From a virus: 64,000 bases of DNA. The notes beneath the pieces were generated by a model. That model saw only the letters and a list, made by a program, of their open reading frames with translations. It searched no databases and was not told the origin of the DNA. The first letter of the stretch is position 1. Each line of letters begins with the position of its first letter. The position numbers and the translations under genes are program-made. The DNA lies in IMG/VR virus record IMGVR_UViG_3300037092_000015, positions 11,478-75,477 of that record, one strand, 5' to 3'. Shown here piece after piece: positions 28,421 through 38,700 of the stretch.

Positions 28421-28551
28421 GGCTTGACTACAAACCTTTCCGTTTTCACCACCTTGCCGTTGTGGTCCAGCGTCAACCGCACTGCATTGACAGCCTTTTC
28501 TGGTGGCTGCTCTTTGCCCTCTCGGTCGTAAAACTTGATAACAGTCTTCAT
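28417..28551 (-). CDS. 44-aa protein coupled to the MuF stop (not in ORF track)
   Basis: MKTVIKFYDREGKEQPPEKAVNAVRLTLDHNGKVVKTERFVVKP; ATGA overlaps at both ends. Confidence 0.6.
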   Translation of the reverse strand: MKTVIKFYDREGKEQPPEKAVNAVRLTLDHNGKVVKTERFVVKP

Positions 28552-31500
28552 GTTGCTGCCGTGTTGCAGGAACTATTATACTTAGCCTTCACGGCTGCGT
28601 CAATAGCCTTTTTGAGAGCTAGGAACGCGTCACGCCCATCCTTACCATCCATCTTAGCAAACGGCTCCTTGTAAACTTCATTTCGGTTCACCAATCCGTC
28701 ATTGACTAATTTGTCAATTACACGCCCAGCAGAGAACTCCGCATAGGCTTCGTGCAGGCTTCGCATGGTCCAAAGTTCTGTTGCAATATCTTGTTCATGC
28801 CCTTTGCTGTCTGCGACATACACAGGCCACTCCGTCTTATCTACGATAGGTTCTTTAGCCCAGCTTTTAGCGTAATCAGTAGGAAGCCGGCTTATGTCGT
28901 GACCAATGGTGCTACGGAATTTCAGCAGCGCATTGTAAAGCTCCTGATCCGCTGTCTTTGGTTCTGCAATGCTAGCATCCGGGTGAAGTAAACCACCGTC
29001 AGCCCATTGGTCTCGCCACACTCTAAACTTGTCCCCATGAGCTAACATTGCTACATCCCGAGCTTCTCTTATTCCAATCACCGCCCGATCTTTAGCGAAA
29101 TCAAACTCAGCGTGCCCTAGCTCGTGCGCTAAAACATCCGGCACTGGCGTGGACACCGCCGTCTTAGTTTTGTTGTTCCACTCGCCCGCCTTGCTCCACG
29201 TCTTGCCACCTGCCTCAAAGCTACCAAGCGCATCCGGTTCCACCAGCCGCACCACGCCGCAAATCTCGTCGGCTGCGAAGTAGTCGCACACCGTCCGCAC
29301 CATCATCTTTTCAGGCAGCGACGGCGCATGGCCGATTCCTACCGTAACCACAGGCGCAGCCATGTGCGCCATGCTTGGCACCGGCAACCTTGCCGCCTCC
29401 CGCGAGTCCCGGTGCGGCGCCACCTGCACCAGCCGCCCCGTCCGCGTGTCCTGACGCATGTAGCCGGATACCTCCACCGCCGCCACCGTCCCCGTGCGCA
29501 CGCTGCCCGCTGCCGCGCTTCCTTTGACTGGCCTGTATGCCTGCATGTCCTTTGGGACTGTATGCTCTTCTGTCCATCCGCCCGGTGGCGCGTTCTTGTC
29601 GTTGACCTTATCAATGACGCTTCGCAGGCTGACTTTCTTTGCCTGCTCCGGCGCGGGGGGTTCCGGGGCTTTATACACCATTCCGAAATCGTGGCGCCGT
29701 TGGCTACCTTTCAGACGCACGTTCCGGTTAACGTGCGATATGTGCGCGATGCGACCGTGCGTATGTGTGCTACTATTCAACGACACCCTAACCCACTCAC
29801 CAATGCGATAAGTCTGGTCGTGAAATTCACCAGTCTCTTGGTTCATGCGCCCGACCGTGAACTGGTTATGCCCTTCTGGATTGTGAACTTGTCCCAGATC
29901 ACTGGCCACCAGTAACCCGGTGCGAACGGTTGCCTCGCTTCCCTGCAAGTGCCCGGTGCCAGCCTTGCGCTTGCCCGGTATAAGTGTGCAACAGCAATTT
30001 GCGTTTTCCGCCGCTCCACCTACGGAGTCGCCGGGGCATTGCTGCCCGTTGCTGAATACGTGCCCCACCGGCACTTCGCCTTCAAGCACGTTCTCCGCGT
30101 GAGTGGCCCTTTTTGTTTCGCGCTCCAACTGGTCCCACATGCACGTCGCGAACCCCGCACGCTGCAAAACGTGGAGTTGCGCCATGCCGAGCGTAGCCGT
30201 CGCTTCGGTCTCCGCCACCACGCGCCCGCTGCCCGCCTCTACCTCTGCCGCCTTGCGCTTCACCCGCCGCGCCAACTCTTCCACGCTCTCACCAGCCGCC
30301 CGGCCTTCCGCAAGCTCCTTGTCCAGCCGGTCTGCCGTCTCCACCGGAAAATTGAGCAGCAGAGGTGCCCTGCTAGTGGCAAAGTCGGTTGCCTCCTCAG
30401 GTTCTGCCGCCACAGGTCCGCCGCCGCCCATTCGCCATGATTCCGGCTGTGCCGGATACGCGACGGGCTGACCACTGGCCGGTTGCCCGGCGCTAGGCGT
30501 GCCCTGTGGCGCATTGGTTGGCTGCGGGGCGGTGAGCGGACCTGAAATTGATTGCGGCGCTACCAAAGCCGCTAGGGAGTGGCTGGCGGCCATGTAAATC
30601 TCTTTGTGCGCCAGGAACAGGAGCAAGGCAACCGCCTCAAGCTCCTCTTCGCGCTTCTTCCGCCGCTTGGCTCCGTCCGCACGCTTGGCATCGGCTACCG
30701 CTGCCGCCTCTATCACGGCGACAGCACGGTCAACCGCCCGCTGGTAGCCAGCCTGAGCCTCACTACGGATGCGACGGTGCGCCGCCAGCGTCCGCTCGCG
30801 CTCGGTAGGTTCGGACGCTGTCACCGTATCTGATTTGCGGGGTGCGCTAGCGGCCAGCGAGTGCCGTTCTGGGTGCCACACGTATGACGGATGCTCTGCG
30901 TCGTCCGTCTTCTTGAACCCGTGCCGCTCGTAGAAAGCATTCAACCTTCCTTGCAACTCGGGCGTGTCCGCGCCTGCCGTCAGTTCCAGCCGCCGCCCCG
31001 ACTTGGTAGCGAAGTCTTTCAGCCGCCCCATAGCCTTGCTGCCAGCCCCCTTGCCTTGCTCCACTGCGTCAAGCCGCGTGATGAACACTGCGTCCGGGTG
31101 TATCTGTGCGCTCAACCTTACAGACGGGTCGCTTGACCCGTGGTATCCCATGCGGCCTAGCGAGCCTTTCATGCGGGCCATGCCGAAGTCCTCCGGCCTG
31201 ACGTGCTGGTTGCCGTGGAACGGGTGCCCGGGTGCAAACGCGCCTTGAGCAGCATTGACTACGGTGCCAGTCCTGACCGCCGTTGCCGCTACCTTTGGCT
31301 CCCACCCTAATTCCACCAGATGCCGACCCTTGCGCTCTGGTAGGCTGTAGAGCAAGTCCACCGCCGTCACCTTGCGGCCGGCGAAAGCGTCACTGCCGTC
31401 CAGTTCTTTCAACTTACCTTTTTTGAGATACGCGATGGTCAGGTGCAGATGGTAGCTGTGCTCGCTCGGCTCCTTGTTCGCAAAGAACTCTTCCACCAGT

Positions 31501-32261
31501 TCCGCGTGCAGCCGCTCCAGTTCCGGGCTATCAATATCCACCTTGAGCACGTCGTAGTCCGAGCACTCGAACCGGGATACCTTGCCGAGCGTGAATTTGA
31601 CAGGCCCATAACCAGCCAAGAGCACTTGCAGCCTGTTCGCGTCGAAGTCAAAGTTGAAGCCGTATAAGACAGTGACGTGCGTCTCACTCTCACGCCCATT
31701 CTCTGGGTCCAGCGCCGCGTCCGGCACGTTGGCCTTGCCCCACGCTAGCAACTCGTCCTCTAGCGCCCCGTGCACCATAGCCATGAGGCAACCGCGCTCC
31801 GGGGTGCTGGCCTGCACCGCGTCTTGCGTGTAGAGGGAACCGTCAACGGCTCCTAACTTCAAGTCTCTAGAGGTCGCTCGGTCTCCGAGGCTGTAATTTG
31901 ACGGAACATACAGAGCAGCCTGCTCTCGATCTAAAAAATGTCCGCTCTCGGTTTCAAACCCTTCGTGCTGAACATTACTCCAGCCGCCCGAATTATCTTT
32001 CGATCTTGGATTGACTGCTGAATATTCTCCGAACGCTTGCCAATGGCTCGGCCCCTTGTAACGCTTCCCGCCAATGACTAGAACCGCGTGCCGTATCTTG
32101 CCGCTAGGCTCCCCTACAGGATCGTTCGCCGCGTCCTGCGCGTGCTTGCTCCATTGGTTGCCCCAGAACTTGTGACCCGCCGCGAATGCACCTTCTGCCG
32201 CCCGCACCGCCGCCAGCGCCTCTATGCCCCGTGCCAGTTTCTCTATGCGCACCGCCTTCAT
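28548..32261 (-). CDS. Multidomain MuF (minor head) protein: 2H phosphodiesterase + GNAT + MuF + HExxH domain
   Basis: HVTVLYG/HLTIAY; EQGKGAGSKAM...FYERHGF; VAETEA...RATH...FSNGQQCPGD...NCCC; HELGH...HEAYAE; likely start MKAVRIE (the ORF track extends to 32516). Confidence 0.82.
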   Translation of the reverse strand: MKAVRIEKLARGIEALAAVRAAEGAFAAGHKFWGNQWSKHAQDAANDPVGEPSGKIRHAVLVIGGKRYKGPSHWQAFGEYSAVNPRSKDNSGGWSNVQHEGFETESGHFLDREQAALYVPSNYSLGDRATSRDLKLGAVDGSLYTQDAVQASTPERGCLMAMVHGALEDELLAWGKANVPDAALDPENGRESETHVTVLYGFNFDFDANRLQVLLAGYGPVKFTLGKVSRFECSDYDVLKVDIDSPELERLHAELVEEFFANKEPSEHSYHLHLTIAYLKKGKLKELDGSDAFAGRKVTAVDLLYSLPERKGRHLVELGWEPKVAATAVRTGTVVNAAQGAFAPGHPFHGNQHVRPEDFGMARMKGSLGRMGYHGSSDPSVRLSAQIHPDAVFITRLDAVEQGKGAGSKAMGRLKDFATKSGRRLELTAGADTPELQGRLNAFYERHGFKKTDDAEHPSYVWHPERHSLAASAPRKSDTVTASEPTERERTLAAHRRIRSEAQAGYQRAVDRAVAVIEAAAVADAKRADGAKRRKKREEELEAVALLLFLAHKEIYMAASHSLAALVAPQSISGPLTAPQPTNAPQGTPSAGQPASGQPVAYPAQPESWRMGGGGPVAAEPEEATDFATSRAPLLLNFPVETADRLDKELAEGRAAGESVEELARRVKRKAAEVEAGSGRVVAETEATATLGMAQLHVLQRAGFATCMWDQLERETKRATHAENVLEGEVPVGHVFSNGQQCPGDSVGGAAENANCCCTLIPGKRKAGTGHLQGSEATVRTGLLVASDLGQVHNPEGHNQFTVGRMNQETGEFHDQTYRIGEWVRVSLNSSTHTHGRIAHISHVNRNVRLKGSQRRHDFGMVYKAPEPPAPEQAKKVSLRSVIDKVNDKNAPPGGWTEEHTVPKDMQAYRPVKGSAAAGSVRTGTVAAVEVSGYMRQDTRTGRLVQVAPHRDSREAARLPVPSMAHMAAPVVTVGIGHAPSLPEKMMVRTVCDYFAADEICGVVRLVEPDALGSFEAGGKTWSKAGEWNNKTKTAVSTPVPDVLAHELGHAEFDFAKDRAVIGIREARDVAMLAHGDKFRVWRDQWADGGLLHPDASIAEPKTADQELYNALLKFRSTIGHDISRLPTDYAKSWAKEPIVDKTEWPVYVADSKGHEQDIATELWTMRSLHEAYAEFSAGRVIDKLVNDGLVNRNEVYKEPFAKMDGKDGRDAFLALKKAIDAAVKAKYNSSCNTAAT

Positions 32262-32534
32262 CACTCCACCAAGTCCAGCCGCACCTTCACCGGCACTGCC
32301 GCCCGACCGCAACAGCCCAGCGCCCGCACGTATAGCCGCCGCTCCGGAGCCGGAAACCCCGCCGCCTTGAACATGGCGTCCAACTTCCGGCGCTCCTGCG
32401 CCTTCCGCCGCCGCTCGCTGCATGGTTTCACTGGCTGTCATTGCTCCGTCACGTAACATGCCGGGAGAGAGGGAGGAAAAGGGACCTCTGGCTCCCGGCC
32501 CGGCCTGAGCCGGCAAATTGAAGTCGCTTGCTCA

Positions 32535-33164
32535 TCACGGCGACCCTAGCTTGTCTTGTGCCCACTTTGGGAACATTTGCGGCGACCCAGTCCGCAAGTC
32601 AACCGGCGCCTCCAAGCTGCCTTGCCGAACCGTTCCCTTGATCGGCGGATTGAACGTCAAATAGTCAAACGCTCCGCCGCCTTTCACCGGCACGCACACC
32701 GGGTTGACCCAGTCGCGCCCGCACGGGTCTGTTGGCGGTGTTATGGCGTGCGTTGCGATACCGCCGATGCGCCGTCCGCCTTCTACCCTGCCGTCCATCC
32801 ACTCCTCTGCTGCTTTGTTGAACGTCGCCAACGGAGCGTAAGCCCCGTTCTCTGTCAGCACCACCATCTGCAATCCTGCCTTGCTGTTTACCAGCCGCCA
32901 AGCGGCCATATAGACAACGTGGTCAAACGCCTCAGGAGGCACCGATCCGGGCGTCACGCTCAAAGGAGTGTGACCAGCATTCTGTATGGCCGCACGAACC
33001 TTCCGCACCATCTGCTCAAGCAGCATCGTGCTGCGCAATGGCGGTGTAGCCACCGGCGACCCGCTGCCGTCAGCCTTCGTCACCTGCTCGTAGTCGAGCG
33101 CCATGAACAGGTCCTTCTGCTCTGGCACCACCCAATTGGTGTTGATTTGCGGGGCTTGAATCAC
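32535..33164 (-). CDS. Head-tail adaptor, Mu gp36/DUF1320-like
   Basis: VRAAI..AGHTPLSVTPGSVPPE..VVYMAAWRL; follows the capsid genes. Confidence 0.65.
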   Translation of the reverse strand: MIQAPQINTNWVVPEQKDLFMALDYEQVTKADGSGSPVATPPLRSTMLLEQMVRKVRAAIQNAGHTPLSVTPGSVPPEAFDHVVYMAAWRLVNSKAGLQMVVLTENGAYAPLATFNKAAEEWMDGRVEGGRRIGGIATHAITPPTDPCGRDWVNPVCVPVKGGGAFDYLTFNPPIKGTVRQGSLEAPVDLRTGSPQMFPKWAQDKLGSP

Positions 33165-33171
33165 GCGGTTG

Positions 33172-33214
33172 AAATTGAAGCCCGCCGCCGCGCCTGGCTG
33201 GCAACGGCGGCGAG
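33172..33214 (-). terminator. Hairpin terminator candidate after the capsid operon
   Basis: CUCGCCGCCG...CGGCGGCGGG followed by CUUCAAUUUC. Confidence 0.45.
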
Positions 33215-33226
33215 CGTGTCAGTCCG

Positions 33227-33847
33227 TTACTGGCTGTTCGCCCACACGCTGTAGTTCGTGAGCGTCGCACCGGACGCGCCGATGCTGTAGATGTAGATGT
33301 AGGGGATCGCACCCTTGCCTGGCGTTGTGCTGACGCTATACACCTTGTTTGTCACTGTGATTGTGCCTGGCACACCGCTCAGCGCAAGCGTCACCGTGTC
33401 AAACAGTTGCATCCCGTTCGCGTTGTAGCAAGCACCGTTAGTCCCTCCAGTGCTCAAGGAAGGCGGCTGAACGGAAGCATACAGCACGTATGTCGCCGTG
33501 TAGGCTCCGCCTCCATTAGTGGCCGTAGCTGCCCCGTTGAACTGCAAGGCTAGCGAGTTCCCCGACAGCACGCCGTTAGGGCTTCCGCCTCCTCCGAATA
33601 CCGTCGCAGGCGCAGCGCAATTCACCAGCACTAGGTTGTTCGTGGTGACGCCCGAAGAGATTGACTGCGGATACAGACCGTTGGTGCAAACCAGCGGAGC
33701 GCCCGGCCCGTTGATGTTGCCAGATACCAGCACTTGCGACGGCAATCCTAACCCGAATGGGTTAGCCGAAGCCGCTTGGCTGGTGAACGATAAGGCGACC
33801 ACTGCAAAGGCCAGCGCCGCGATGAATGTAATTTTCTTGATGCTCAT
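33227..33847 (-). CDS. Signal-peptide protein directly after the capsid gene (decoration candidate)
   Basis: MSIKKITFIAALAFAVVALSFTSQA-A; TN/G-rich. Confidence 0.65.
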   Translation of the reverse strand: MSIKKITFIAALAFAVVALSFTSQAASANPFGLGLPSQVLVSGNINGPGAPLVCTNGLYPQSISSGVTTNNLVLVNCAAPATVFGGGGSPNGVLSGNSLALQFNGAATATNGGGAYTATYVLYASVQPPSLSTGGTNGACYNANGMQLFDTVTLALSGVPGTITVTNKVYSVSTTPGKGAIPYIYIYSIGASGATLTNYSVWANSQ

Positions 33848-33932
33848 ATTGGTCTTGTTTCTTTTTTTTGTGTTGTTTGGTCCGGCCAAAGCCGCCCGGC
33901 CCGTCGCCGGGCAGGCTCAAGCCGTCGGTTCG

Positions 33933-35711
33933 CTATTTCACCACGCACTGGATGCCTTGGCGCTCGTCGCCAACGCCGACGCCGAACATGGCCCGCAGGT
34001 GCATGTTCGCCATTTCGTAGTTGTGGTCGAGGAACTTAACGCTCAGGAACGGAATCCGGAGCTTCGGGCTCATCACGATCTCCAGCGCAGCCGTGCTCGG
34101 AATCTCCGGCATGATCTTGGTGTAGTCCAGCGGTGCGCGGCTGACGAACAGCAGCGCGTTGCGCGTGCCGGCAAAGCCAAGGACCGACGCGGTGGTCGGA
34201 TCCCCGGTGGACACCGAGTAGTTCGGTGGGGTGGCGCCGTCGGAAACTTCCGTCAGCGTGTCCGTCATCAACTGCGACTCGCTATACTTCACGTTCCCTA
34301 CGCGGTGGTAGTTGCCAGTCTTGATGAGGTCGTTGCCAGTCTTGCCGGCAATCGCGTCCTTGATTGCCCGCAAGGTTTGGTTCAACACAAACCCAGAGTC
34401 GGCAGGCAACAGCGAATAAATGTCTGGATGCAACCAAGCAAACCGCTCCACATCGGGGGAGTCTTCGGGCTCCTGGCCGCCGGGGAACTTGGCCATGTTC
34501 ATCACGCGAGGCAGTTCCGCCAGGAACGTGCTAACAGTAGCGCCCTTGACGTTGAACACTGCGCGGTTCAACACCGGGTCAGTGTATGCCGGGGCGAACT
34601 TCTTGCCAGCCGTGACCGTGCCGTCGTTCTCGATGCGCTGCGTCCCATTGACGATTGCGTTGACCAGTTGGAACACAATGCCTTCGCACAGCCCATAGAT
34701 TTGCACCGTCTTCTGCTCGTTGAAGAGCTGCCGGTAGGTGCTCGCCAAGAGCGTGTTCATGATGCTAATCGGGATGCCGATGTAGTTGTTCATTTGCACG
34801 TTGGCATTCCGAGCGTTGCCGACGTTGCCGCCCCATGCGCTGTTAGTCAGGTTCGTCCGCTTCTGGTAGCCCGGAACGATGATGTAGCGGGTGACCGCCT
34901 CCTGCATGAACAACACCGGCTGGTTTTCAACGTCCGTGCTGATGTCGTTCAACTGCGGCAGCATGTTCTCGATGTGCCCCAGGTTCCACGTCATAATCAG
35001 GTCGCTGTTCAAGGCGCCCTGCCCGGTCGTCGGACTCGTGCTGCCCGGATCGTTGTAGTCCGCAGCGCGAATAAGGTCCAAGATCGGGGCGTCGCCGCCG
35101 AGCGCCTTGACCTTGTTTTCGATCATGCCGATAAACGTCGCCCGCGCATTGGCCGCCTCAGTAGCCGCCATAATCGCCCGGGTGGCCGTGCCGCCGGTTC
35201 CGCAGGTGCGGATCAAACCGCCTTGGCGCCACGTCTTCAGGAAAGGCTCGCTGGCCTTGACGTAGCCTTGCACCATCTCGCCAAGCGACTGCTCGCAGCC
35301 GTGCAGCGTGCCGGTCTTCAGTTCGCCGGCCTGTATCTTCCGGTCGGACAGATCGTCTTGCTTCACCTTCACCGGCAGGTTGGCGATGTAGGCAACGCCG
35401 CGTCCCGGCTTGAGCATCTCAATGTCGAGCGCCTCAGCCCGGATGGTGTCTTTCACCTCTTCCTTGAGCGCGATGGCCCCGCGAACACGCGCCTGCACAA
35501 TGGCAGTGTCGATGCTCACTTCGGCCCGCACCCGCTCCCGAGCTTCGGCAGCCTTGATCTTCTCCGCGTTGTCGTAGTCGGTGGCGCGAACAGCCCAGCC
35601 GTCGTCCATCAGCAGGTCGACCTGCTCCTTCTCAACTTTCAGTCGTGTGCCCACTTCCCAATTCTTCTCGGGGCAGGCTTTCACCACGACGATTTCGTGT
35701 TTGTCGTTCAT
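33933..35711 (-). CDS. Major capsid protein with N-terminal scaffold-like region
   Basis: 592 aa after the protease; HK97-like C-terminal pattern (AWLHPDIYSLL, VKYSESQLM, LRAMFGVGVGD). Confidence 0.75.
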   Translation of the reverse strand: MNDKHEIVVVKACPEKNWEVGTRLKVEKEQVDLLMDDGWAVRATDYDNAEKIKAAEARERVRAEVSIDTAIVQARVRGAIALKEEVKDTIRAEALDIEMLKPGRGVAYIANLPVKVKQDDLSDRKIQAGELKTGTLHGCEQSLGEMVQGYVKASEPFLKTWRQGGLIRTCGTGGTATRAIMAATEAANARATFIGMIENKVKALGGDAPILDLIRAADYNDPGSTSPTTGQGALNSDLIMTWNLGHIENMLPQLNDISTDVENQPVLFMQEAVTRYIIVPGYQKRTNLTNSAWGGNVGNARNANVQMNNYIGIPISIMNTLLASTYRQLFNEQKTVQIYGLCEGIVFQLVNAIVNGTQRIENDGTVTAGKKFAPAYTDPVLNRAVFNVKGATVSTFLAELPRVMNMAKFPGGQEPEDSPDVERFAWLHPDIYSLLPADSGFVLNQTLRAIKDAIAGKTGNDLIKTGNYHRVGNVKYSESQLMTDTLTEVSDGATPPNYSVSTGDPTTASVLGFAGTRNALLFVSRAPLDYTKIMPEIPSTAALEIVMSPKLRIPFLSVKFLDHNYEMANMHLRAMFGVGVGDERQGIQCVVK

Positions 35712-35777
35712 TTGTGTCTGCTTTCTTTTCTGTTGTTGTCTGCTTTGCCCTTGTTCTGTGTTTCGGGGGGCACCCGC

Positions 35778-38700
35778 TCACCGCGTCAGCGGTAAATTCT
35801 TCTTCGCCGGGTGGTCGCGCTCGTAGGCGAGCACCTCAAGCACCTCAAGCCCAGTGGCCGGCTTTTTCGGCGGCAGCTTAACCTTCACAGGCATGACCGA
35901 AGCCATAACCTGCTCAGCTTTCTGGCGCCGCGCCGATAGCGACTCAATAACTCCCTTGGACGCCGCGCCTACTGACGCCAGCGACGGCGGCAGCGCCGGG
36001 GTGGCCGAGTGCACCGTGGCCGGGGACGCGACAGCGGATGCCTGTGCCATGCTACCTGCCGAACCTTTTTCTGTGACGGTCGTATGATAATGCTCGTGCG
36101 CCGCTTTCATTGCTTGCCGGTGGGTGTTGAATACGCCGTGGTCTTTCCACAGACCAGCGCTGTCAGGATGACCGGCAGAACTAAGAGCGAAACCTTTGCG
36201 CCGTGACAAAGGGTTGATATTGTATTGCACAGTGTCACCGCGCAGATGGCCGCCCGGAACTTCCTTCTGGAAACTATTAGCCTCTTGATCGTAGGCACCC
36301 GTCCCTGGCCCAAACGTATTCCAACTATCTTCGTCAGCCAAATTGTGCGTCTTGCGTGCGTCTGCGCTGGCCTTCCTTGCGGCCTCGCTCCAAGTGGCCC
36401 GCACGGTCTCCGCCGCGTCCAGTTCCACCGCCTTGACCTCTCCGCCTTGCTCCACCCAGCTTGCCACCACCTTGCCGGCATCAAAGCCGCCCTCGCTCGC
36501 GTAGGCCAGCGCAACCTTCTCCCCACCGCCCACGACCGGAACGTAACTCGTCTTCCGCTCCACTAGCACAGCCGGGGCGCCCAGCGTCACCGAACCGCCG
36601 TCCGCTGCGACCGTGAACTGCACCCGCAAGCTCTTGCCGTCCTTGCCGCAGACAACCGCTCCCCAGTCGCCGTCGTTGTCGTAGTCGCAAAGAATATCCT
36701 GCACCCAGATGCCGCCGCAAGGACCGCACGCGTTGGCACCCACCTCTGGCTCCTTCTGGAACCGTGGGTCGTTCTTGGCCGCCTCGCGCACCAAGTCAGC
36801 TAAGTCGCTGTAGAGCATTGCACTGGCGCGGACGGTAGCCTCGCTCCGCTGCTCTTGCGCCTCGGCGGCATGAACCGATCTGGATGAAGTAGCGTCGGTG
36901 GCTTGGACGCGACTGCGTAACACGCCCGCTTTGTCCAGTTCCTTGCCGTGCTTTTCGGCATGGGATTCATGCTCCTTTGCCACAGATTCCCATTGGCTTG
37001 CAGTGTTGAGATGCCACTTCCGCAAGTTGGGTTTGTCTTTGTTGAAATCCGAACCGGCAAGTTCTCGCATCTGCGCGGACTTACCTTGCAATTCTTCCGC
37101 CGCGTCTAAGTGCGCTGAATAGGCTTTCATGTGCCCTGCCGTATTGCTTGCTTCATCCGTAAGCCTGTGCGCCCTTGCACTTCTGGATTCGGCCGCCGCC
37201 TTCCGCGCTGCATCGGACCAAGTAGCCTGCACCACATTGCCAGTAGCCCGCACGACCTCGCGCCCGCCCGCCATTAACTCCGTAGCCCGCACCGGCGGCA
37301 TCGCACTGAACGCCGGCCTGTTCGTCAACGTGCCAAGGACAAAGGCTACCCCGGTGATCCGCGCCGGGTTGCTCACGCTCCCCCGCACCCCGTCCGGGAA
37401 CGCCAGAGCAGGCTTCGCGCAGTCGCAAGCCGCCACACCGTTCTGGCACGTCCCGCAAACGCACTTCGCGTAGTCCGCGTCCGTGCCGAATGAAGGAGAC
37501 CACCGACGCCAGTCGCGGTCGTTAACCGCCTTGGCACCGCTGCCGCTCGGCCTGCCTTCCAACAGCACCGAAGGTCGACCGTAAACCGGGTCGTTGCCAG
37601 CGCTGAACTCTGTAGCCCACACGCTCGCCTGCTTCTCGTCATGCTCGAAGCAACCGTATGGCTCCTGGTCCGGCTTCGCAGCCTTGATCGCGTCCATGCT
37701 CTCCTGGCATACCTTGGCGTCGCGCTCGGGCACAACGTCCACCGTCAAAGTCAACGCGCAGTCGCGGCCCTTGGTCACCGGGCCGGAGAACCCCGCCGTG
37801 ATGGTGTGGACGCCGCCTGGCGCCCAGCAGAAACGGACGGGAGCATTCACGCTCCAAGGTTCACTCTTGATTGAAATCTCTTCCGCCACTGCCGAGTAGC
37901 AGCGCACGATGTTGCTGTTGTCTTTGCTCATAGATTGGTTGGTTGCTTTGTTCTTGCCGTAAGCTGCCGCCTCTTTTGCTTTCCAAGTTGCCTTGTGCTT
38001 TTCCGCCAGTTTTGAATGCTCAAATTCAGCGTTGCCGTGATATTCCTGCATCACTCTGTCGTTTTGGGCAACAGCCTCGCATTTCAGTTTCTTATGCGCC
38101 TTTGCGGCATCCTTGTGCGCTTCTGCCGCCTTTGCGTGGCCCGGCATGTTGTGCATTTCAAGCGCCGTTTGCGTCCACTTCTGAGCGTCGTGTGAAAACT
38201 GTTCGGCGGACCAGTCGCGCCGCACATCCTCTTTATCCAACACCCCTGCTAATGGACTTTTTGAATACTGGTTCCCGTGAAACTCGTGCCCCGCCGCATA
38301 CGCGCCAACCGCCGCCGTTACCGTGCCGAGACGGGAGCCGGATTCTGTGGCGTTCATGCGCTCCATTTCTTGCAGTTCCATCGCCCTGTTGTGCGTTGTC
38401 ACTCCGCGCTGGTGGTGTATCGCCATACCTCTGTGATACTCAGCTTCCTCGCCCGACAGTTCTATTTTCCTGCTGCAAGCCAAATGAGCATCATGCGCCT
38501 TTTCGTGCGCCGCGTGCGCCGCTTGATGTTGCCCAAAGTTCCTTGTCCCGGCAGCTTGCATTGTCAAGTTGTCTGCAATATCGCTATCCTTTGCTGCCTG
38601 CCGCCTCGCCTCCAGCGCCGCGTCCCGGGCCGCCTGGCTCCACGTCGCCCGCACCGTGCCCGTGCGAACGGTGCAGGATGCTTTTGCAGTGCCCGCTTTG

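Noticed and set aside
32262-32516. N-terminal 85 aa of the 1322-aa ORF
   Set aside because: The region holds hairpins and a 56-codon ORF in another frame whose stop overlaps ATG 32261, the more plausible start
33519-35795. 758-aa plus-strand ORF (likewise 4280-5347, 6602-7567, 8276-9349)
   Set aside because: Antisense shadows of well-supported minus-strand genes in GC-rich DNA; no recognisable motifs
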